Of a stretch of 57,165 bases of DNA, positions 53,068-57,165 are shown piece after piece (position 1 is the stretch's first letter; each line of letters begins with the position of its first letter). A program made the translations under genes and the position numbers. The notes under the pieces are model-generated. The model did not search any database and was not told the DNA's origin. It saw only the letters and a program-made list of their open reading frames with translations. This DNA comes from Candidatus Zambryskiibacteriota bacterium (GTDB lineage Bacteria; Patescibacteriota; Minisyncoccia; Phycocordibacterales; Zambryskibacteraceae), in NCBI GenBank assembly GCA_016180955.1, contig JACPAD010000005.1:1-57165 (forward strand), in the 5' to 3' direction.

Positions 53068-53550
53068 TCAATCTTCAGATAGGTTGGTGATATAAGTGGG
53101 GATTGATTTCGTAGTCGTGGCCGCGCCTCTCTTCCAGGAAACAATCGCAGTGACCATTCTAGTGTCAGGATCAAGCGTCCCGCCGGAAGAGACTATTTGA
53201 GCGGAGGGATCCCGATAAACTTCTGAAAATATTATTTTTCTTTCAAAAATACCGTCTATAAAAATGCTGGTAGTCGTGGCTTGCCACAAGTTATTTTCGA
53301 AGGTCAGGTTGTAATCGACTTCTGGAGAAAGTGTGAGGATATTCCCCTCCCATGAAGAGTTTCTTAGAAATTTCACCACTTCGATGCCCTCTTCCGCAAG
53401 ATACGCAGCCTTAACTATATCAGTGCTGGCAAAAGCCATTTTCATAAACGTGTTGTAAGTGCCGATAAGCGCCACGAGAAAGGTGAGGATAATGGCAGTG
53501 GCTATCATCACTTCCACCAAAGTAAGCCCAGGGCTTGAATTTTTATCCAT
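53068..53550 (-). CDS. Type IV minor pilin (PilV-like)
   Basis: G|LTLVEVMIA, AAYLAEEGIE. Confidence 0.88.
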   Translation of the reverse strand: MDKNSSPGLTLVEVMIATAIILTFLVALIGTYNTFMKMAFASTDIVKAAYLAEEGIEVVKFLRNSSWEGNILTLSPEVDYNLTFENNLWQATTTSIFIDGIFERKIIFSEVYRDPSAQIVSSGGTLDPDTRMVTAIVSWKRGAATTTKSIPTYITNLSED

Positions 53551-53568
53551 TAAATTACTCATAAATTT

Positions 53569-54030
53569 TTACAAACTTATTTCTGCCAGACCGGCGGCGT
53601 TAATAGTAATGATAAGCAAGGTCTCGGGGGAAGATTTCAAAAATAGTTCGATTGTCCCCGACTCGGCAGTCTCACCCGTAAGACGCCTGAATACGACATT
53701 TGTACCGCCGCCGGAGAGTTCGACATCTCCAATACCGACTAAAGGATTTATCTCTGTTGGGATATTAAGAGGGTCTGCCGGCGAGAAACTTGCGCCTTTA
53801 AACAATACAACCTGCGAGCTTTCGAAATGGACTCCATATTGAGAACCATTTGCAGAAGAAAGAGTCAGAGAGCGCGCTTCGTTCAAAACCGAGGTGATTA
53901 GAGAGGCGCTTTGCTTGAGCGCTTTCGATGAGTTGAGTTTTGAAAATGAAATGACAACAATACTGATAGCAACGGACAGAATGGCGATAGCAAATAACAG
54001 CTCGATGACAGAGAAGCCGCGAATTCTCAT
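53569..54030 (-). CDS. Type IV minor pilin (FimT/GspH-like)
   Basis: RG|FSVIELL, LNEARS; the start could lie at 54048-54057. Confidence 0.85.
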   Translation of the reverse strand: MRIRGFSVIELLFAIAILSVAISIVVISFSKLNSSKALKQSASLITSVLNEARSLTLSSANGSQYGVHFESSQVVLFKGASFSPADPLNIPTEINPLVGIGDVELSGGGTNVVFRRLTGETAESGTIELFLKSSPETLLIITINAAGLAEISL

Positions 54031-54056
54031 ACTTTGTAAATGCATCATTCTAACCA

Positions 54057-55268
54057 TTAAATATGCTCTACTAACGAATAGGTAGGTGCGAGCATCGAGA
54101 TGGCGAAGACTCCGACAGCGGCGCCGATAATAATCATGAGAACCGGCTCAATAATGGTCGAGAGGTCTTTGGTCTTCTGATCTACTTGGTCTTCGTAGAA
54201 GTTGGCAACGCCCTTAAGCATTTCTGAAATCTTACCGGTCTCCTCTCCCACCGCAATCATCTCGCCGACAAAAATCGGGAAGAGGCGCTCATGTTCGATA
54301 AACACCGCCGACATCGGCTCACCTTTCTCTATGGCGGCACGGGCGCGCTCCAGCGCTTTTTTGTAAAGATGATTCTGCAGAACGGCTATGGTGGAATCGA
54401 GCGCCACCACAATCTCGACGCCGGCGGCAAGAAGCGAGGAGAGGGTGCGGGTGGCGCGGGCAGACTCGAACTCCTTGACCATTTCGCCTATAACCGGAAT
54501 GCGGATAGAGACGATGTCGCCAAACTTCCTGCCGGACGAGCTGCGCAAAAAGAGCGTCATGACAATAATCACTAACATTAGGATAGACAAAACAAGAAGT
54601 GTATGCCCGATCAGAAAGTTGCTCAAATATATGATGATGCGGGTCGAGAGAGGCAGTTCGGCTCCGATACCTTCGAAGGTGACGGTCAAGGTCGGCACCA
54701 TAAAGATAAGAAGGAGAATGGCAAGCACAATCATGACCGAGACAATCACCGCCGGGTAAATCATGGCGCCACGTACCTTCTTTGCCAATAAATACGACTT
54801 CTCCATCTGGCCGGCAACAATGGCGAGCGAGCTTGAAACATTGCCCGATTCTTCGCCGGCCTTGACCATGGAGACAAACAGGGCAGAGAAGACTTTTGGC
54901 CTTTTTCCCAATGATTCTGAAAGCGTTTTACCACTTTTAACATCCTCTTCGAGGCCGGAGACAAGTCTCTTGAACGGCTTACTTTTGGACTGCTTCCCCA
55001 TTACCGCAAGCGCTCTGGTTACGGGCAGGCCGGCCTCTATCATGAGCCCCAGATTTTTGGCGAAGACGATTTTTTGATGAGTCTTGATGCCGCCGAAGAT
55101 GCTATCGAGGGAAAAAGCGGGCGTGATGCTCTTGGCTTCGCGGATAGAAACAACAGTGCCGCCCTCATCGCGGATTATTCCGTAGAGAGCGGCACGATCT
55201 TTGGCCTCAACGCTCCGCTCGTACTCCTTGCCTTCCTTATCCTTCGCTTTGTATTTGTAAAGAGTCAT
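54057..55268 (-). CDS. pilC: Type IV pilus inner-membrane platform protein (GspF/PilC)
   Basis: AGEESG, KVRGAMIYP, GEETG, EP.LMI..G..VG. Confidence 0.95.
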   Translation of the reverse strand: MTLYKYKAKDKEGKEYERSVEAKDRAALYGIIRDEGGTVVSIREAKSITPAFSLDSIFGGIKTHQKIVFAKNLGLMIEAGLPVTRALAVMGKQSKSKPFKRLVSGLEEDVKSGKTLSESLGKRPKVFSALFVSMVKAGEESGNVSSSLAIVAGQMEKSYLLAKKVRGAMIYPAVIVSVMIVLAILLLIFMVPTLTVTFEGIGAELPLSTRIIIYLSNFLIGHTLLVLSILMLVIIVMTLFLRSSSGRKFGDIVSIRIPVIGEMVKEFESARATRTLSSLLAAGVEIVVALDSTIAVLQNHLYKKALERARAAIEKGEPMSAVFIEHERLFPIFVGEMIAVGEETGKISEMLKGVANFYEDQVDQKTKDLSTIIEPVLMIIIGAAVGVFAISMLAPTYSLVEHI

Positions 55269-55270
55269 AA

Positions 55271-57040
55271 TTATTCCGAAACAACGCGCAGCACTTCTTC
55301 GATAGTAGTAATACCCTGCGCCGCTTTGAAGACGCCGTCTTCGATCATGGTCATCATACCCTCTGACTTGGCTTGTTCCTCAAGCTCGGAAGACGTGGCA
55401 TCCTTCATAATAAGCGCTCTTATGGTTGGCGTTACCTTAAGAACTTCGTGGATACCGATGCGGCTTGAATAGCCGTCCTCCGAACCTTCCCCCGGACTCG
55501 GTTTCCAAAAAGGAACCTCGTCCCAGCCGCCTTTCGCATCAATGACCTTTTCTTCCCGCAAAAGCGAGAGCATTCTATTAAGAGAAATAACATTGCCTAA
55601 AGAAGAAAGCTCTTCTTCATTTAGAAAGTACTTGACCTTGTTCGCCGAAAGTTTCCGCACCAGACGCTGGGCAATAACAATATTCAAAGTTGAAACGAGA
55701 AGGAACGGCTCGGCTTTCATGTCGAGAAGACGCGGGATGGCGCCGGCGGCGGAGTTGGTGTGGAGCGTCGAGAGTACCAAGTGACCCGTTAGGGCAGCAT
55801 TGATGGCCAGACCCGCCGTCTCGGTGTCGCGAATTTCTCCCACCATGATGATGTCCGGGTCTTGGCGCACTAGAGTGCGGAGGCCGTTGGCGAAAGTAAG
55901 GCCTATTTCCGGACGCACTTGTGTCTGATTGATGCGCGTCATCTGATATTCGATAGGATCTTCGATGGTCGAGATATTGACATCAGGGGTGTTTAAAATA
56001 TCAAGCATAGTGTAGAGAGTGGTAGTCTTGCCGGAGCCGGTCGGCCCGGTGGCCAGTATCATACCGGTGGTAAACTTGAGCGCTTTATGGATATCTTCGA
56101 GACCATGGCTATGGAAGCCAAGTCCTTCGAGGGTAAAACCGGAAACATTTTCGCGCAAAAGGCGCATCACCGTCTTCTCCCCGTAATACGTCGGCAGAGT
56201 AGAAACTCTGAAGGAGACCTTCTCCCCTTCGGCATCGATTTTGAACCGGCCATCCTGTGGCAGACGTTTCTCGTCGAGCTTCAAGTTCGAGAGCACCTTG
56301 ATGCGGGCAGTGATGCCCGGAGTGGTACTTTTCGGCAAGATCATGGCGTCACGGAGGAGCCCGTCGATGCGGTAGCGGATAAGCACCTGATTTTCCTCCG
56401 GTTCAATGTGGATGTCGGAAGCATCCTGAATAATGGCATGCTTCAAGAGAGTGTCGACAATACGCACGACCGGAATATCCTCGGCCAGTTTTTTGAGGTC
56501 GGCCTCCGGGGTCTCGTCCCCTAACTTGTCGCTTAAATGCTTCCACGTGGAAGTATTCTTGAGAGCGGATGCCTGCTCTTGGATGATGTCTCCAAACTCG
56601 GCTTTTAAGGTCTTTTGATAAGAAAGCAGAGCCCACTTCATACTCTCGTCGTCGGTAAGCCGCGGCAGAATCTTTAATCCCACTTTCTTTTTGACGAAGT
56701 CGATGGCGGTAAGGTCTTCGGTGTTGAGCATGGCCACTTCAAGCGCGTCTTCGGTTTTCCTAAAGGCGACAATATTGTGGTTTCGAGCAATCGGCTCGGG
56801 GATAAGGGAGAGGGTCGCAAAATCAAGCTTTTGATTTTTCAGATTGACGAAAGGAATGCCCAAAATATAGGCTTGCATTCGCCGCAGATCGTCATCCGTC
56901 AGAGTGCCTCTCGAGAGCAGTACCGAGCCTATGCTTACGTTCTTTTCCTTGGCAGCAGCTTTAACGTCCTCCATCTCCCCTCTCGAGACGAGCCCCGAAT
57001 CGATGATAAAATTCTCAATCTGGCTTTCGTCAATGTGCAT
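55271..57040 (-). CDS. pilB: Type IV pilus assembly ATPase (PilB/GspE)
   Basis: ASDIHIEP, RLPQDGR, GPTGSGKTT, RQDPDIIMVGEIRD, TGHLVLSTLHTN; the zinc-binding Cys are absent. Confidence 0.95.
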   Translation of the reverse strand: MHIDESQIENFIIDSGLVSRGEMEDVKAAAKEKNVSIGSVLLSRGTLTDDDLRRMQAYILGIPFVNLKNQKLDFATLSLIPEPIARNHNIVAFRKTEDALEVAMLNTEDLTAIDFVKKKVGLKILPRLTDDESMKWALLSYQKTLKAEFGDIIQEQASALKNTSTWKHLSDKLGDETPEADLKKLAEDIPVVRIVDTLLKHAIIQDASDIHIEPEENQVLIRYRIDGLLRDAMILPKSTTPGITARIKVLSNLKLDEKRLPQDGRFKIDAEGEKVSFRVSTLPTYYGEKTVMRLLRENVSGFTLEGLGFHSHGLEDIHKALKFTTGMILATGPTGSGKTTTLYTMLDILNTPDVNISTIEDPIEYQMTRINQTQVRPEIGLTFANGLRTLVRQDPDIIMVGEIRDTETAGLAINAALTGHLVLSTLHTNSAAGAIPRLLDMKAEPFLLVSTLNIVIAQRLVRKLSANKVKYFLNEEELSSLGNVISLNRMLSLLREEKVIDAKGGWDEVPFWKPSPGEGSEDGYSSRIGIHEVLKVTPTIRALIMKDATSSELEEQAKSEGMMTMIEDGVFKAAQGITTIEEVLRVVSE

Positions 57041-57165
57041 GATAATATTTTAACATATGTTGAGAAGTATTATTCTCATTTTGATTGTTTCGGGAATTTT
57101 ATTTTTAGGATTTCGCCACCGAGAAGCTTCTGAAATAGATAAGATTAAATCCCTGCAAACGACTG

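Noticed and set aside
768-57133. Many overlapping antisense or alternate-frame ORFs in the track (e.g. 768-1166, 13628-14134, 20889-21215, 29745-30389, 33008-33625, 34335-34847)
   Set aside because: Shadows of well-supported genes, with no motifs or independent expression signals
1-57165. CRISPR arrays, rRNA genes, prophage genes
   Set aside because: No regularly spaced repeat-spacer units, rRNA signatures or phage hallmark proteins seen

Overview
57-kb chromosomal window from a Patescibacteria/CPR bacterium, probably Parcubacteria. This is inferred from the absence of rpmD, a short L15, the T4P plus comEC gene set and CPR-style intergenic repeats; the genetic code is 11. Core content: an ArsR-led thiol-redox/metal operon, recG, tRNA-Ile(UAU), ftsH, smpB-ssrA, secreted/surface proteins, infC-rpmI-rplT, the str-S10-spc ribosomal cluster (split by rplJ-rplL and two unrelated genes), comEC/rnhA/recJ, pgk/tpiA and a type IV pilus cluster. 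The main signal is two diversity-generating retroelements (DGR1 about 19.2-21.6 kb, DGR2 about 43.0-45.6 kb). Both have the layout target(VR)-terminator-promoter-TR-hairpin-(avd on the opposite strand)-RT, share conserved non-coding flanks, and carry unrelated TR/target pairs. In each, a poly-C/G tract lies at the head-to-head avd/RT starts: C9 in DGR1 (in frame) and C8 in DGR2, where one extra base would put both an avd ATG and an RT TTG in frame. Both targets are currently broken. Target 1 is frameshifted exactly at the VR border. Target 2 stops at a TGA that is also present in its template repeat, so A-specific mutagenesis could itself switch that stop off. Other notable items: a 42-bp palindromic element inserted in frame in both rplC and recJ, related repeats around a DUF559 nuclease, a 6S-like RNA, an unassigned approximately 340-nt structured RNA candidate, and pervasive leaderless-type promoters. 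All calls come from reading the sequence by eye; no database searches or folding were run.
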